From assembly GCF_003991155.1 (NCBI RefSeq), contig NZ_CP031293.1: a DNA stretch of 64,000 bases. The stretch is one strand, 5' to 3'. Position numbers and translations under genes: made by a program. The notes under the pieces were generated by a model. That model searched no databases, had not been told where the DNA came from, and saw only the letters and a list, made by a program, of their open reading frames with translations. Every line of letters starts with the position of its first letter. Position 1 is the stretch's first letter. The stretch comes from Escherichia coli (GTDB lineage: Bacteria > Pseudomonadota > Gammaproteobacteria > Enterobacterales > Enterobacteriaceae). This document shows, piece after piece, positions 12,481-24,180 of this stretch.

Positions 12481-12562
12481 ACTTCAGACTCACGTCCATT
12501 GCCAATTTTTATTACCCTAATGATAATCACCGGAATAAATTATTCCGCGCGAGGGTTTTCGG

Positions 12563-13570
12563 GTGAAAAAGCAATGGATTGTTGGTACGGCGCTGCTTAT
12601 GTTGATGACTGGTAATGTCCGGGCAGATGGTGAACCGCCAACTGAAAATATCTTAAAAGATCAATTCAAAAAGCAGTATCACGGCATTCTCAAGCTTGAT
12701 GCCATCACCTTAAAAAATCTTGATGCTAAGGGTAATCAGGCCACCTGGTCAGCGGAAGGCGATGTCTCTTCCAGTGACGATCTCTATACCTGGGTCGGTC
12801 AGTTGGCAGATTACGAGCTGCTCGAACAGACCTGGACGAAAGATAAACCGGTGAAATTCTCGGCGATGTTAACCAGTAAAGGAACGCCCGCGTCTGGCTG
12901 GTCGGTGAACTTTTACTCTTTTCAGGCGGCAGCCAGCGATCGTGGGCGGGTGGTTGACGATATCAAAACCAATAATAAATATCTGATCGTGAATAGCGAA
13001 GATTTCAATTATCGCTTTAGTCAGCTTGAGTCTGCATTGAATAACCAGAATAACTCGATTCCTGCACTGAAAAAGGATGTAAAAGCGCTTGATAAGCAAA
13101 TGGTGGCGGCGCAGAAAGCAGCGGATGCATATTGGGGAAAAGATGCAAACGGTAAGCAAATGACCCGCGAAGACGCCTTTAAAAAAATTCACCAACAGCG
13201 TGATGATTTTAATAAACAGAACGATAGCGAGGCGTTCGCGGTTAAATATGACAAAGAGGTTTATCAACCGGCGATTGCGGCATGTCATAAACAGAGTGAA
13301 GAGTGTTATGAAGTGCCGATTCAGCAGAAGCGAGATTTCGATATCAACGAACAACGGCGACAGACTTTTCTGCAATCACAAAAACTTAGCCGTAAATTGC
13401 AGGATGACTGGATAACGCTCGAGAAAGGGCAATATCCGTTAACGATGAAAGTTTCAGAAATAAACAGTAAAAAAGTCGCGATTTTGATGAAAATTGACGA
13501 TATCAACCAGGCTAATGAACGCTGGAAAAAAGATACCGAACAACTGCGGCGCAATGGGGTGATTAAGTAA
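12563..13570 (+). CDS. yggM: DUF1202 protein YggM (secreted)
   Basis: 335-aa ORF with signal peptide 'MKKQWIVGTALLMLMTGNVRA'. Confidence 0.82.
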   Translation: MKKQWIVGTALLMLMTGNVRADGEPPTENILKDQFKKQYHGILKLDAITLKNLDAKGNQATWSAEGDVSSSDDLYTWVGQLADYELLEQTWTKDKPVKFSAMLTSKGTPASGWSVNFYSFQAAASDRGRVVDDIKTNNKYLIVNSEDFNYRFSQLESALNNQNNSIPALKKDVKALDKQMVAAQKAADAYWGKDANGKQMTREDAFKKIHQQRDDFNKQNDSEAFAVKYDKEVYQPAIAACHKQSEECYEVPIQQKRDFDINEQRRQTFLQSQKLSRKLQDDWITLEKGQYPLTMKVSEINSKKVAILMKIDDINQANERWKKDTEQLRRNGVIK

Positions 13571-13592
13571 TTTTTGCGATGACGCAAGAGTT

Positions 13593-13630
13593 GTAGCCGG
13601 ATGTTGCGTACACGCCGCATCCGGCAATAC
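13593..13630. repeat. REP element
   Basis: 'gtagccggatgttgcgtacacgccgcatccggcaatac' palindromic REP unit. Confidence 0.7.
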
Positions 13631-13634
13631 AAAT

Positions 13635-14771
13635 TTACTCAGCCAGAAAAAGCTCCAGCAGCGAATTTAAAAACAACTTCCCATGTTCCGTTATCTGCCA
13701 GTAATCCGCACATTCTGTGAGATAACCCTGAGCGATAGCCTCGTCTAACTGTGGGCGAATAACCTCTTCTGAAAGGCCAGTATACTGGCTAAACTCCACG
13801 CGCGGCGCAGGTTCCAGCAAACGGAAGCGATTCATAAAGAACTCAAATGGTTTATCTGCGGCTTCGACATCACGCTGGCTTTCCAGATACCGCCCCTGCA
13901 TAAAACCACGTGGATGACGCGTTTTGGTGGTACGCAGAATGCGCCCATCCGGGAAGGTCACTTTGCCATGCGCGCCGCAGCCAATACCGATGTAGTCACC
14001 AAAGCGCCAGTAGTTGAGATTGTGCTGGCACTGATAACCGGGTTTGGCGTAAGCGGAAGTTTCATATTGCTGATAACCCGCTGCGGTTAATAACTGATGC
14101 CCCTGTTCGAAAATGTCCCACAGCGCGTCATCGTCCGGCAGTACAGGAGGGCGCGAGCCAAACAGCGTATTGGGTTCGATGGTCAGTTGATACCAGGAAA
14201 GATGCGGCGGATTCAGTTCAATAGCCTGGCGCAGATCGCCTAGCGCCTCTTCCAGTGATTGATCCGGCAGCCCATGCATCAAATCGAGGTTAAAGCTACG
14301 TAACCCTAAACCGCTCGCCAGATTTGCCGCTCGTTTCGCTTCTTGCGGGCCATGAATGCGCCCAAGTCGTTTCAGCTTTTCTTCGCTAAAACTCTGTACG
14401 CCAATGGAGATGCGGTTCACACCAGCACGCTGATAATCAACAAAGCGATCGGCTTCAACCGTACCAGGATTCGCTTCCATCGTAATTTCTGCATCCGCTG
14501 CCAGCGGCAAACGCGCACGTACGCCGTCCAGCAGCGTTTGCATCGCCGGGCCGGAAAGCAGGCTCGGCGTACCACCGCCAATAAAGATTGTCTTTACTTC
14601 ACGGCCCTGAGCGTAAGCCACATCGTTGTTCAGATCGTTAAGCAGATGCTGAACATAATCGTCGTGCGGCACTTCTCCTTTCAACGCGTGAGAGTTGAAA
14701 TCGCAGTACGGGCATTTCTGCACGCACCACGGGATGTGAATGTAGAGACTCAGCGGCGGTAATTTAACCAT
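13635..14771 (-). CDS. hemW: Radical-SAM heme chaperone HemW (YggW)
   Basis: 378 aa; '[10 protein letters not shown]' CxxxCxxC radical-SAM motif. Confidence 0.9.
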
Positions 14772-15357
14772 TACGTAAAGCGTCCAGCAGCAGTTTCAAC
14801 GCCTGACCACGGTGGGAAATGGCGCTCTTTTCTTCGCGAGTCAGTTCGGCAGCGGTTTTCCCTTCGGAAGGTACGAAGAAGATTGGATCATAACCAAAGC
14901 CGCCAGTACCCGCAGGTTCACGAGTAATCACGCCTGGCCAGCTACCGTGGCACACCAGCGGAGTCGGATCTTCCGCGTGACGCAGATATACCAGCACGCA
15001 GTGGAAACGCGCCTGACGTTGGTCGTCCGGTACGTCTTTCATTGTTTCCAGCAGTTTTTGCAGATTCTTTTGATCGGTCGCGTCTTCACCGGAATAACGC
15101 GCGGAGTAAATACCCGGCGCGCCACCCAGCGCATCTACCGCCAGACCGGAGTCGTCGGCAATTGCCGGTAAACCGGTCACTTTTGCCGCATGGCGCGCTT
15201 TCAGAATCGCGTTTTCGATAAAGGTCAGGCCGGTTTCTTCAGCGGAATCTACGCCGAGGTCTGTTTGGGCAACGATATCAAGACCGAAGTCGCTAAGCAG
15301 CGACGCCAGCTCACGCACTTTACCGGCATTGCCGGTTGCGAGGACAACTTTTTGCAT
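14764..15357 (-). CDS. rdgB: dITP/XTP pyrophosphatase (Ham1 family)
   Basis: 197 aa '[21 protein letters not shown]...'; overlaps the hemW start. Confidence 0.92.
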
Positions 15358-15364
15358 AGGATAC

Positions 15365-15655
15365 CTAATTAATTAACGCCGCGATTTCTGGCGGGATTTG
15401 TTGCGGATTAATGATTTTAATTTGTTTGTGGCGGCCAAGTTCGCCTTTTTCAATCACCACCTGGCTTTTGGCAACCCGGAATTGCTTACCGAGAAACTTC
15501 ACCAGATGGCTGTTGGCCTGGCCGTCAACCGGCGGCGCGGTAATGGCGACTTTTACCTCGTCGCCATGTAAACCGACAATAGAATCACGGCTGGCTTTCG
15601 GCTGAATATAGAGCCGTAAAACCAGACCGTCATCATTAACTGTTACGGCACTCAT
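15365..15655 (-). CDS. yggU: DUF167 protein YggU
   Basis: 96 aa from '[24 protein letters not shown]'. Confidence 0.85.
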
Positions 15656-16218
15656 AACGCCATCCACAGCCCCGGCAGCAGCATATTTCCGGTCGCCTGC
15701 AAGACTTCTGCGACACCCATATTGATGACATACAGCAGCAGAACGAGGATCATCGGCGAGAAATCAATCCCACCCATTGCCGGTAGCAAGCGGCGAATCG
15801 GGCGCAGCAGCGGATCGGCCAGCTGAATCAGCACGTATTCAATCGGGCTACGACCCTGGCTTACCCAGCTCATAATCGCCATCACCAGCAGGACCCAGAA
15901 AATCAGCAGGCCGATGGTTTTCAGCAGAATCAATAAACCGGCAATCCAAATGATTGGCAGGAAGGTCACCACTTTAAACAGCACGATGGCTTTAATGAAA
16001 CTGAGAATATAGGCAACCAGCAGCGAGGCGCTATCAATGGGGCCCATTGCCGGAATAACGCGGCGCAGTGGCCCGATAATCGGCTGCGTTACCTTCACTA
16101 CAAACTGTGAGAAGGGGTTGTAAAAATCACAATGAGCCCACTGCATCCAGATGCGTAATAACAGCACCATGGTATACAGCTCAATGACCGTTGAAAGCAG
16201 GAAAGTCAACGTATTCAT
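15652..16218 (-). CDS. yggT: YggT-family integral membrane protein
   Basis: 188-aa multi-pass membrane ORF in the yggS-yggT-yggU-rdgB-hemW operon. Confidence 0.88.
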
Positions 16219-16235
16219 GGCGTTCCTTTAATTCC

Positions 16236-16940
16236 TTATTTTTTAGAGTAACCACGCGCACCAAAAATTGCAGTGCCGATACGAACCATCGTGCTACCTG
16301 CCGCAATGGCGGCTTCCATATCGTCCGACATTCCCAGAGAGAGCGTGTCGATATGCGGGTAGCGCGTTTTCAGTCCGGCAAATGCTACAGCCATTTGGCG
16401 TGCAACTTCAAACTGCCTTACATATTCTGACTCAGGCGCAGGGATTGCCATCAGCCCGCGCAGACGTAAACGCGGTAGTTCAGCGACCGCAGCTGCCAGC
16501 TCGTCCAGTTCAGCCAGTTGAATCCCGGACTTACTGTTTTCATCACTAATGTTAATTTGAATCAGTACGTTAAGAGGGGGAAGTTCTGCCGGGCGCTGGT
16601 CGTTCAGGCGGGTAGCGATGCGCAAACGGTCGATGGTATGACACCAGTCGAAATGCTCTGCCACCAGGCGGCTTTTATTAGACTGCAACGGGCCAATAAA
16701 ATGCCATTCTAATCCTGTTACGCTCAGTTCCTGAAAGTGGCGAATTTTATCTACCCCTTCCTGAACGTAGTTTTCACCAAATTGACGCTGCCCGGCATCA
16801 ATGGCTTCTGCGATGGCGCTCGCAGGTTTTGTTTTACTGACTGCAAGCAGCGTAATTTCTTCTGGAGAACGGCCGCAACGCGTTGCAGCCGCTGAGATTT
16901 TGTCCCGGACCTGTGCCAGGTTATGCGCAATATCGTTCAT
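16236..16940 (-). CDS. yggS: PLP-homeostasis protein (YggS/PLPBP family)
   Basis: 234 aa; 'LLAVSKTKP' contains the PLP-binding Lys. Confidence 0.9.
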   Translation of the reverse strand: MNDIAHNLAQVRDKISAAATRCGRSPEEITLLAVSKTKPASAIAEAIDAGQRQFGENYVQEGVDKIRHFQELSVTGLEWHFIGPLQSNKSRLVAEHFDWCHTIDRLRIATRLNDQRPAELPPLNVLIQINISDENSKSGIQLAELDELAAAVAELPRLRLRGLMAIPAPESEYVRQFEVARQMAVAFAGLKTRYPHIDTLSLGMSDDMEAAIAAGSTMVRIGTAIFGARGYSKK

Positions 16941-16957
16941 TTTCCGAGGATCTTAGT

Positions 16958-17938
16958 ATGAATATGGAAGAAATTGTGGCCCTTAGTGTAAAGCATAACG
17001 TCTCGGATCTACACCTGTGCAGCGCCTGGCCCGCACGATGGCGTATTCGCGGGAGAATGGAAGCTGCGCCGTTTGACGCGCCGGACGTCGAAGAGCTACT
17101 GCGGGAGTGGCTGGATGACGATCAGCGGGCAATATTGCTGGAGAATGGTCAGCTGGATTTTGCTGTGTCGCTGGCGGAAAACCAGCGATTGCGCGGCAGT
17201 GCGTTCGCACAACGGCAAGGTATTTCTCTGGCGTTACGGCTGTTACCTTCGCACTGCCCGCAGCTCGAACAGCTTGGCGCACCACCGGTATTGCCGGAAT
17301 TACTCAAGAGCGAGAATGGCCTGATTCTGGTGACGGGGGCGACGGGGAGCGGCAAATCTACCACGCTGGCGGCGATGGTTGGCTATCTCAATCAACATGC
17401 CGATGCGCATATTCTGACGCTGGAAGATCCTGTGGAATATCTCTATACCAGTCAGCGATGTTTGATCCAGCAGCGGGAGATTGGTTTGCACTGTATGACT
17501 TTCGCATCGGGATTGCGGGCTGCATTGCGGGAAGATCCTGATATGATTTTGCTCGGAGAGCTGCGTGATAGCGAGACAATCCGTCTGGCGCTGACGGCGG
17601 CAGAAACCGGGCATCTGGTGCTGGCGACATTACACACGCGCGGCGCAGCGCAGGCAGTTGAGCGACTGGTGGATTCATTTCCTGCGCAGGAAAAAGATCC
17701 CGTGCGTAATCAACTGGCAGGGAGTTTACGGGCAGTGTTGTCACAAAAACTGGAAGTGGATAAACAGGAAGGACGCGTGGCGCTGTTTGAATTACTGATT
17801 AACACACCCGCGGTGGGGAATTTGATTCGTGAAGGGAAAACCCACCAGTTACCGCATGTTATTCAAACCGGGCAGCAGGTGGGGATGATAACGTTTCAGC
17901 AGAGTTATCAGCAGCGGGTGGGGGAAGGGCGTTTGTGA
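16958..17938 (+). CDS. yggR: PilT-like type IV pilus retraction ATPase homolog
   Basis: 326 aa from 'MNMEEIVALSVKHNVSDLHL'; Walker A 'GATGSGKSTT'. Confidence 0.88.
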   Translation: MNMEEIVALSVKHNVSDLHLCSAWPARWRIRGRMEAAPFDAPDVEELLREWLDDDQRAILLENGQLDFAVSLAENQRLRGSAFAQRQGISLALRLLPSHCPQLEQLGAPPVLPELLKSENGLILVTGATGSGKSTTLAAMVGYLNQHADAHILTLEDPVEYLYTSQRCLIQQREIGLHCMTFASGLRAALREDPDMILLGELRDSETIRLALTAAETGHLVLATLHTRGAAQAVERLVDSFPAQEKDPVRNQLAGSLRAVLSQKLEVDKQEGRVALFELLINTPAVGNLIREGKTHQLPHVIQTGQQVGMITFQQSYQQRVGEGRL

Positions 17939-17969
17939 CGTTGCTGTGTCTGATACGAATTGTAAATAT

Positions 17970-18068
17970 GCCCGATGCGCAAGCTTATCGGGCCTACAAG
18001 GGAAGCGTAACTTTGAATTCGCACTCACTGTAGGTTGGATAAGGCGTTTACGCCGCATCCAACATGAA
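17970..18068. repeat. REP/BIME cluster
   Basis: 'gcgcaagcttatcgggcctacaag' and 'gtaggttggataaggcgtttacgccgcatccaac'. Confidence 0.8.
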
Positions 18069-18111
18069 ACAACGAGCACATTGTCAGAAATCTGTGCGCT
18101 AGTAAATCGCC

Positions 18112-18528
18112 TTAATATCCCTGCTCGAAATAGCTTTCGAGAATAATAACCGCAGAGGCAGAGTCGACTTTGCCTTTGTTGAGCGCCCGATAGCCGCCCT
18201 GTTCAAACAGACCGGAACGTGCCTCCACGGTGCTAAGACGCTCGTCATGGAGCTTTACTTCAACACCGAAACGACCATGAATACGGTTGGCAAATTTACG
18301 CGCTCTGGCGGTTAACGGCTGTTCGGTGCCGTCCATATTCAGCGGCAAACCGACGATGATTTCGTCCGGCTGCCACTCTTTCAGTAAACGCTCGATAATG
18401 TTCCAGTCCGGCGTACCGTCCTGCGCTTTAATTGCAGGCAAAGGGCGAGCGGTGCCGGTAATGCGTTGGCCGACCGCTACGCCAATGCTTTTGGTGCCGA
18501 AGTCGAAGGCGAGTAAGGTTCCACTCAT
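18112..18528 (-). CDS. ruvX: Pre-16S rRNA nuclease / Holliday-junction-resolvase-like protein RuvX (YqgF)
   Basis: 138 aa from '[21 protein letters not shown]'. Confidence 0.9.
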
Positions 18529-19091
18529 CAGGCGTGTCCTGCCACACCAGGCATGGTGAGAATATCCACACCAATCAGTTTTGCCGCCTCGCGCCAGCGG
18601 TCCGCAATCGGCGTTTTGAACAGAATATTCAGATCTGCCGGGGCCGTTAGCCACGCGTTATCGAGAATTTCTTGTTCCAGTTGACCTTTCTCCCAGGAGG
18701 CATAACCCAGAGCCACCAATACGTCAGACGGTTGTTTATCGGTGCCGAGCGTTTCCAGCACATCGCGGGAAGTGGTCATCACTGTGTTGTCTGAAATGCG
18801 AATGCTGGAAGCAAAATTGGAGGGCGGAGTATGCAAAATAAACCCGCGATCTTCAGCCAGCGGACCGCCGAGCATAACCGGTTTATCCAGACGGATTGAT
18901 TCATCACGCGGCTCCGGCGTGATCTTCAGCTTTTCCAGAATCCCTTCAATTTTGAGATTTTCCAGCGGCTTGTTGACGATGATCCCCATTGCACCATTGG
19001 TATTATGTTCGCAAATGTAGACCACGGAACGACGGAAAATCGGATCCTGGAGAGCAGGCATGGCAATAAGAAAGTGATGCTGTAAATTCAT
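18528..19091 (-). CDS. yqgE: UPF0301 protein YqgE
   Basis: 187 aa from '[30 protein letters not shown]'. Confidence 0.88.
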
Positions 19092-19199
19092 TGTCAGAGG
19101 TTCTGTTTCCTGGTTCAAAAAAGCAACAGCGCCCAGTATGCGTGGAAAGAAGGGCGCTGTCACTCAGAGTCTCAACGAGATCCTTCTCGCTAAGGTGGG

Positions 19200-20150
19200 T
19201 TACTGCTGCTGTAAACGTGCTTCGATGGCATCCATTAACATTCCGGTAATCGACACCGGAAACTCTGCTTCAATCTCACGAATACAGGTTGGGCTGGTGA
19301 CGTTAATTTCAGTCAGACGGTCGCCGATGATATCCAGACCAACAAAAATCAGCCCTTTTTCTTTCAGCGTCGGCCCAATCTGACGGGCGATTTTCCAGTC
19401 ACTTTCCGTCAGCGGACGAGGTTCACCGCGACCACCGGCAGCCAGATTGCCACGGGTTTCGCCCCCCTGCGGAATACGCGCCAGGCAATACGGCACCGGC
19501 TCGCCATCCACTACCAGCACGCGTTTGTCGCCATCTTTAATGGCTGGCAGGTAATTTTGCGCCATGCAGTAGCGAGTGCCATGCTCAGTCAGGGTTTCGG
19601 CAATCACGCCGAGGTTTGGATCACCTTCTTTCACGCGGAAAATCGACGCGCCGCCCATACCGTCCAGCGGCTTAAGAATGATGTCGCTGTGTTTTTCCCA
19701 GAAAGCTTTTAGCTGCGCTTTATTGCGTGTGACCAGCGTTTCTGGTGTTAAGTCAGAGAACCAGGCAGTGAACAGTTTTTCGTTACAATCGCGCAGGCTC
19801 TGCGGCTTGTTAACGATCAGCGTCCCTTTATCTTCGGCACGTTCCAGAATATAGGTCGCGTAGATAAACTCGGTATCAAACGGCGGGTCTTTACGCATCA
19901 GGATCACATCGAGATCGGCCAGCGGCAGATCCTGCTCACCCGTGAACTCGTACCATTTATCGTAGTTCTGTTCGACGCTCAAAGTACGGGTACGAGCGCG
20001 AGCCTCACCATTGATCAAATAGAGATCGGCCATCTCCATATAGTGAAGTTCGTAACCACGACGCTGTGCTTCCAGCAACATAGCGAAACTGGAATCTTTC
20101 TTGATGTTGATGTTTGCGATGGGGTCCATCACGATGCCGAGCTTGATCAT
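19200..20150 (-). CDS. gshB: Glutathione synthetase
   Basis: 316 aa 'MIKLGIVMDPIANINIKKDSSFAMLLEAQRRGYELHYMEM...'; ATP-grasp fold. Confidence 0.95.
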   Translation of the reverse strand: MIKLGIVMDPIANINIKKDSSFAMLLEAQRRGYELHYMEMADLYLINGEARARTRTLSVEQNYDKWYEFTGEQDLPLADLDVILMRKDPPFDTEFIYATYILERAEDKGTLIVNKPQSLRDCNEKLFTAWFSDLTPETLVTRNKAQLKAFWEKHSDIILKPLDGMGGASIFRVKEGDPNLGVIAETLTEHGTRYCMAQNYLPAIKDGDKRVLVVDGEPVPYCLARIPQGGETRGNLAAGGRGEPRPLTESDWKIARQIGPTLKEKGLIFVGLDIIGDRLTEINVTSPTCIREIEAEFPVSITGMLMDAIEARLQQQ

Positions 20151-20162
20151 TATTCTTCTCCG

Positions 20163-20894
20163 TTAGCCCAAATCGCCAAAACGCACTTGTAGCGCGGTAA
20201 TGGCGGTGAGCGCAGTTGTCTCAGTACGCAAAACGCGAGGTCCCAACAGGATATCAGTAAATTGATAGCGGGCAGTCATGGCAATTTCATCTGCCGATAA
20301 ACCGCCTTCCGGGCCAATCAGCAGGCGGACGCGTTCGACCGGTAACGGCAACGTATTGATGCTGTTACTGGCGCGCGGGTGAAGATTCAGTTTCAGTCCT
20401 TCATCCTGCTCTGCACACCAGGCTTCCAGATCCATCGCTGGACGGATTTCCGGCACCCGGTTACGGCCACACTGCTCACAGGCAGCAATTGCAATCTTCT
20501 GCCACTGCTGGAGCTTCTTGTTCAGACGTTCACTATCCAGTTTAACGCCGCAGCGCTCAGAAAAAAGTGGCGTAATGAGGCTTACACCGAGTTCGATCGA
20601 TTTCTGGATAGTAAATTCCATTTTTTCACCACGCGACATCACCTGACCGAGGTGAATATGCAGCGGAGATTCGCGATCGTCGATCTGGCCTTCCAGCACC
20701 TTCACTTCCACGCTTTTTTTGCTGGCGCTGGTAATTTCGGCGTCAAAGACCTGGTTGCTGCCGTCAAACAATTGCAGCGCCTGTCCCGGCCCCATACGCA
20801 GTACGCGCCCGATATGGTTGGCGGCATCTTCGCAAAGCGCGATGTGAGAATGGCTGGTCAGTGGTTCAGGATGATAAATGCGGGGGATACGCAT
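20163..20894 (-). CDS. rsmE: 16S rRNA m3U1498 methyltransferase
   Basis: 243 aa from '[20 protein letters not shown]'. Confidence 0.9.
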
Positions 20895-20973
20895 AGTTAA
20901 AAATCCGCGTCGTCTCCCCACGCGGTTGTACGCGTGGGGTAGGGGTTAACAAAAAGAATCCCGCTAGTGTAGG

Positions 20974-21681
20974 TTAGCTCTTTCGCGCCTGGCAAGCGCG
21001 TTGCACATACGGGTTATGATTGCCCTGCACCTTCGCGATGCGTTCATCACGCTCGCACTCCCAGTCGGTAACTGGATACATCTTGTCCCATGCGTTGAAC
21101 AGCTGCGTTTGCTGACGAGAGAGTGTCAGGTTGTATTGGTCACGCATATAGAAGTAGGTGCGCGCAATGGCACCGCGTGCACGCGCTGGTGGCTCGGCAA
21201 CTTTTTCTTTGAAATCGACCTTCATGGCGCATTGACCGTACTGGCCTTCACCGCCATTCCACTGGCTGTACATAAAGTTGCCGCGATCGCCATTCACCTC
21301 ACCGACTGACGGCTGCAGGTTATGCATATCGCTTTCCATCTTGCGATAGACCGGATCTTTGGCGCAATTTTTACGTCCACCGTCCTGCCAGCACTGGCGC
21401 TGGTGACCGAATTGCCAGGCAGGAACGACGTGTTCCCACTCTACGCGGCTGGCACGGTTTTCATTTTTTCGCACCTGATAGCCGCACGATTGCAGATCAA
21501 CAACGCCTTTTTTGCCCTGCCAGTTAATTTTACATCCGCAATAAAACGTACCGGGCGCGTCAGCGTGGACTTTTACCGCCGCGGCTTTCGCTTGAGAAAA
21601 ACTATTGATACCTTCGGCCAATGCCGGGCCGGAAAATGCTGCGCTCAGTACCACCGCAGCAATAGACAAATAACGGTACAT
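20974..21681 (-). CDS. endA: Periplasmic endonuclease I
   Basis: 235 aa '[22 protein letters not shown]' signal peptide; 'EWEHVVP' nuclease motif. Confidence 0.92.
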   Translation of the reverse strand: MYRYLSIAAVVLSAAFSGPALAEGINSFSQAKAAAVKVHADAPGTFYCGCKINWQGKKGVVDLQSCGYQVRKNENRASRVEWEHVVPAWQFGHQRQCWQDGGRKNCAKDPVYRKMESDMHNLQPSVGEVNGDRGNFMYSQWNGGEGQYGQCAMKVDFKEKVAEPPARARGAIARTYFYMRDQYNLTLSRQQTQLFNAWDKMYPVTDWECERDERIAKVQGNHNPYVQRACQARKS

Positions 21682-21775
21682 CACTTACTCCGTGTTAAAA
21701 CGAGCCAGCAACGTAGCGAAAGTTGTTTTGGTATGCAATCAGCCAGATCAGGAAAGTTCCTGATAGTTCAGGTGG

Positions 21776-22273
21776 TTATTTCGCAACCAGCTGTTCGCCG
21801 CAGTGAACACAGCGATAGACGGCTTCGCCACGAACTACGCGATTATGACGGCGTACGGTAAGCTGATGCTCCTGGCACTTGCAGCGGTAGGGGAAGGTGT
21901 TGCGGCGCACGGATTGCAGTTCGAACTGATGCGTACGGCGGGCGGGAACGCCCAGCACGCTTTCCATCATCCACTTCCACTCTTTGCCATGTGGCGCTAC
22001 GCGGCCGAAATGTTTCCATACCAGCAAATGTGCCAGTTCGTGCGGCACCACTTCTTCAATAAAGGCTTCACTGTTTTCCAACAGCAAAACGGGATTGAGA
22101 CGAATTTCATAGCTTTCCAGCCAGGCTGTTCCGGCAGAGGTTCCGCGCTGGGTGTAAGAGAGTTTTGGCTCCGGGTAGTTACGCCCTAGCTTCAGGTTGG
22201 CCTGGGCGAGTTTTTCCCGCAGGCGACGCATAACGGCCTGTTGGATGGCGATAGGGAGACGGGATGTTTTCAT
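21776..22273 (-). CDS. sprT: SprT-family zinc metalloprotease-like protein
   Basis: 165 aa from '[18 protein letters not shown]'; 'HELAHL' zinc motif and a C-terminal Cys4 cluster. Confidence 0.88.
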   Translation of the reverse strand: MKTSRLPIAIQQAVMRRLREKLAQANLKLGRNYPEPKLSYTQRGTSAGTAWLESYEIRLNPVLLLENSEAFIEEVVPHELAHLLVWKHFGRVAPHGKEWKWMMESVLGVPARRTHQFELQSVRRNTFPYRCKCQEHQLTVRRHNRVVRGEAVYRCVHCGEQLVAK

Positions 22274-22349
22274 AGCGGCAGAGGATAGAGCGAAGAAAAG
22301 ATGACTGCAAGAGGTGGCTTCCTCCATGATGGGAGGAAGCCTGAGGAGA

Positions 22350-23744
22350 TTAATCGTGAGCGCCGATTTCGCGCAGTTTACGACCTTTCATCAGATTACG
22401 TTCAATATGTTCCAGCGAAACGTGTTTGGTTTCCGGTACCAGCCACAATGTCAGCAGGATAAACAGTACGTTCAGAGCAGCATACACCCAGAAGGTGTTG
22501 GCGTTACCCAGCGTGTTGAGCATGGTCAGGAACGTTGCGCCAACGATCATGTTGGCAATCCAGTTGGTGGCAGTGGAGCAGGTGATGCCAAAATCGCGGC
22601 CTTTCAGCGGCTGAATTTCGGAGCACAGTACCCAAATCAGCGGACCGGCACTCATGGCAAAACCGACAATAAACATCAGCAGCATGGCGATGGCGAAATA
22701 CTGCGCCGACGAAGAGTGGATACCGATATGCATCATTGTACCGAGTACGCCCATACCAGCAGCCATCACCAGGAAGCCCAGCGTTAGCGTTGGTTTACGT
22801 CCCCAGCGGTCAACAAGGCCGATTGCGATAAAGGTGGCAAGTACGTTGGTCAGGCCGACAATCACTGTCCCCCACATTTGCTCGGTGGTGTTGGTATAAC
22901 CCGCCAGTTCGAAGATTTTCGGCGCGTAATACATGATGACGTTCATCCCGGTGAATTGCTGCATTACCTGCAATAGTACGCCAAGGAACACCGCGCGGCG
23001 GAAGTTGCTGTTCTCTTTAAACAGCGCCCAGCCACTCTGTTTAACCTGCAAACTTTCACGGATTTCATCCAGTTCGCGTTTCGCTTCCGCGCTGGTGTCA
23101 CGCAGGCGTAGCAGCACGCGTTCGGCATCAACAAAACGGCGTTTGGCGGCAAACCAACGTGGGCTGTCTGGCAGGAAGAAGACACCAATCAGCAGCAAAA
23201 TTGCCGGGATGATAATCACACCCAGCATCCAGCGCCATGCACCGGTGTAGCTGAAGGCGGTATCAGAAAGATAAGCGCCGAGGATCCCGATAGTGATCAT
23301 CAACTGATACATCGAGATCATACTGCCGCGAATTTTTTCCGGCGCAATTTCAGAGAGGTACAGCGGTGCGGTATAAGAGGCCACACCCACCGCCAGCCCC
23401 AGCAGAACGCGGGAAAGAATCAGTACTTCAACGTTTGGCGCAGCCGCAGAGAACAGTGAACCGGCAACAAACAGGATTGCGCCGATCATCAGGCTCTTTT
23501 TGCGCCCGAGTTTAAAGGAGAGCCAGCCGCTGCCCACCGCACCGACTGCCGCACCGAACATCATGGAGCTTACGACCCATTCTTGCGTGTGCGAAGTAAT
23601 CTGGAATTCATCTGCAATAAACGGCAGTGCGCCAGCAATTACACCGATATCCAGGCCAAAGAGTAATCCCGCCAGAGCGGCAAGGAAGCAGACGAAAAAC
23701 GTCATTGCCTTGTTTGACCGCCCCTGTTTTTTAGCGTCAGGCAT
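22350..23744 (-). CDS. galP: Galactose:H+ symporter
   Basis: 464 aa from '[42 protein letters not shown]'; MFS sugar porter. Confidence 0.95.
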   Translation of the reverse strand: MPDAKKQGRSNKAMTFFVCFLAALAGLLFGLDIGVIAGALPFIADEFQITSHTQEWVVSSMMFGAAVGAVGSGWLSFKLGRKKSLMIGAILFVAGSLFSAAAPNVEVLILSRVLLGLAVGVASYTAPLYLSEIAPEKIRGSMISMYQLMITIGILGAYLSDTAFSYTGAWRWMLGVIIIPAILLLIGVFFLPDSPRWFAAKRRFVDAERVLLRLRDTSAEAKRELDEIRESLQVKQSGWALFKENSNFRRAVFLGVLLQVMQQFTGMNVIMYYAPKIFELAGYTNTTEQMWGTVIVGLTNVLATFIAIGLVDRWGRKPTLTLGFLVMAAGMGVLGTMMHIGIHSSSAQYFAIAMLLMFIVGFAMSAGPLIWVLCSEIQPLKGRDFGITCSTATNWIANMIVGATFLTMLNTLGNANTFWVYAALNVLFILLTLWLVPETKHVSLEHIERNLMKGRKLREIGAHD

Positions 23745-23827
23745 GATGCCCTCCAATATGGTTATTTTTTATTGTGAATTAAGATAGGTGAGTACGACGT
23801 AAAAAGATGTGAAGCAAATCACATCAG

Positions 23828-23843
23828 TGTAATCGCTTACACT
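23828..23843. promoter_or_regulatory. Putative GalR/GalS operator in the galP promoter region
   Basis: Near-perfect palindrome 'GTGTAATCGCTTACAC' about 85 bp upstream of the galP start, in an AT-rich region. Confidence 0.5.
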
Positions 23844-24127
23844 AACATTTATCTTAGTTATGATTTAAGTGCATGAAAATAATTGAGTTATATCATCATA
23901 GATTAAAGGTTGTTATCTGCAATTAAGACTTTACTGAAAAGAAATGTAACAACTGTGAAGGCTGAATAATAATATGAAAATATTACAAATATTTGGCTGG
24001 CGTGGTTGGTGTAATCGGTTTCAGTAGTGATGATAATTTGCGGTAAAACGTGTTGAGGAAGAATGATGTTATTGTGCGGTCGGTTTTTTTGCCGGATGCG
24101 GCGTGAATGCCTGTCCACCGCGGTGAG

Positions 24128-24160
24128 GTAAAAGAAAAAGGCCAGCGCGAGGCTGGCCTT
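24128..24160 (-). terminator. Intrinsic terminator after metK
   Basis: 'aggccagcgcgaggctggcct' hairpin followed on the minus strand by a U-run (plus-strand 'aaagaaaaa'). Confidence 0.65.
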
Positions 24161-24180
24161 TGAAAGCAGGTGAAGAAAGA

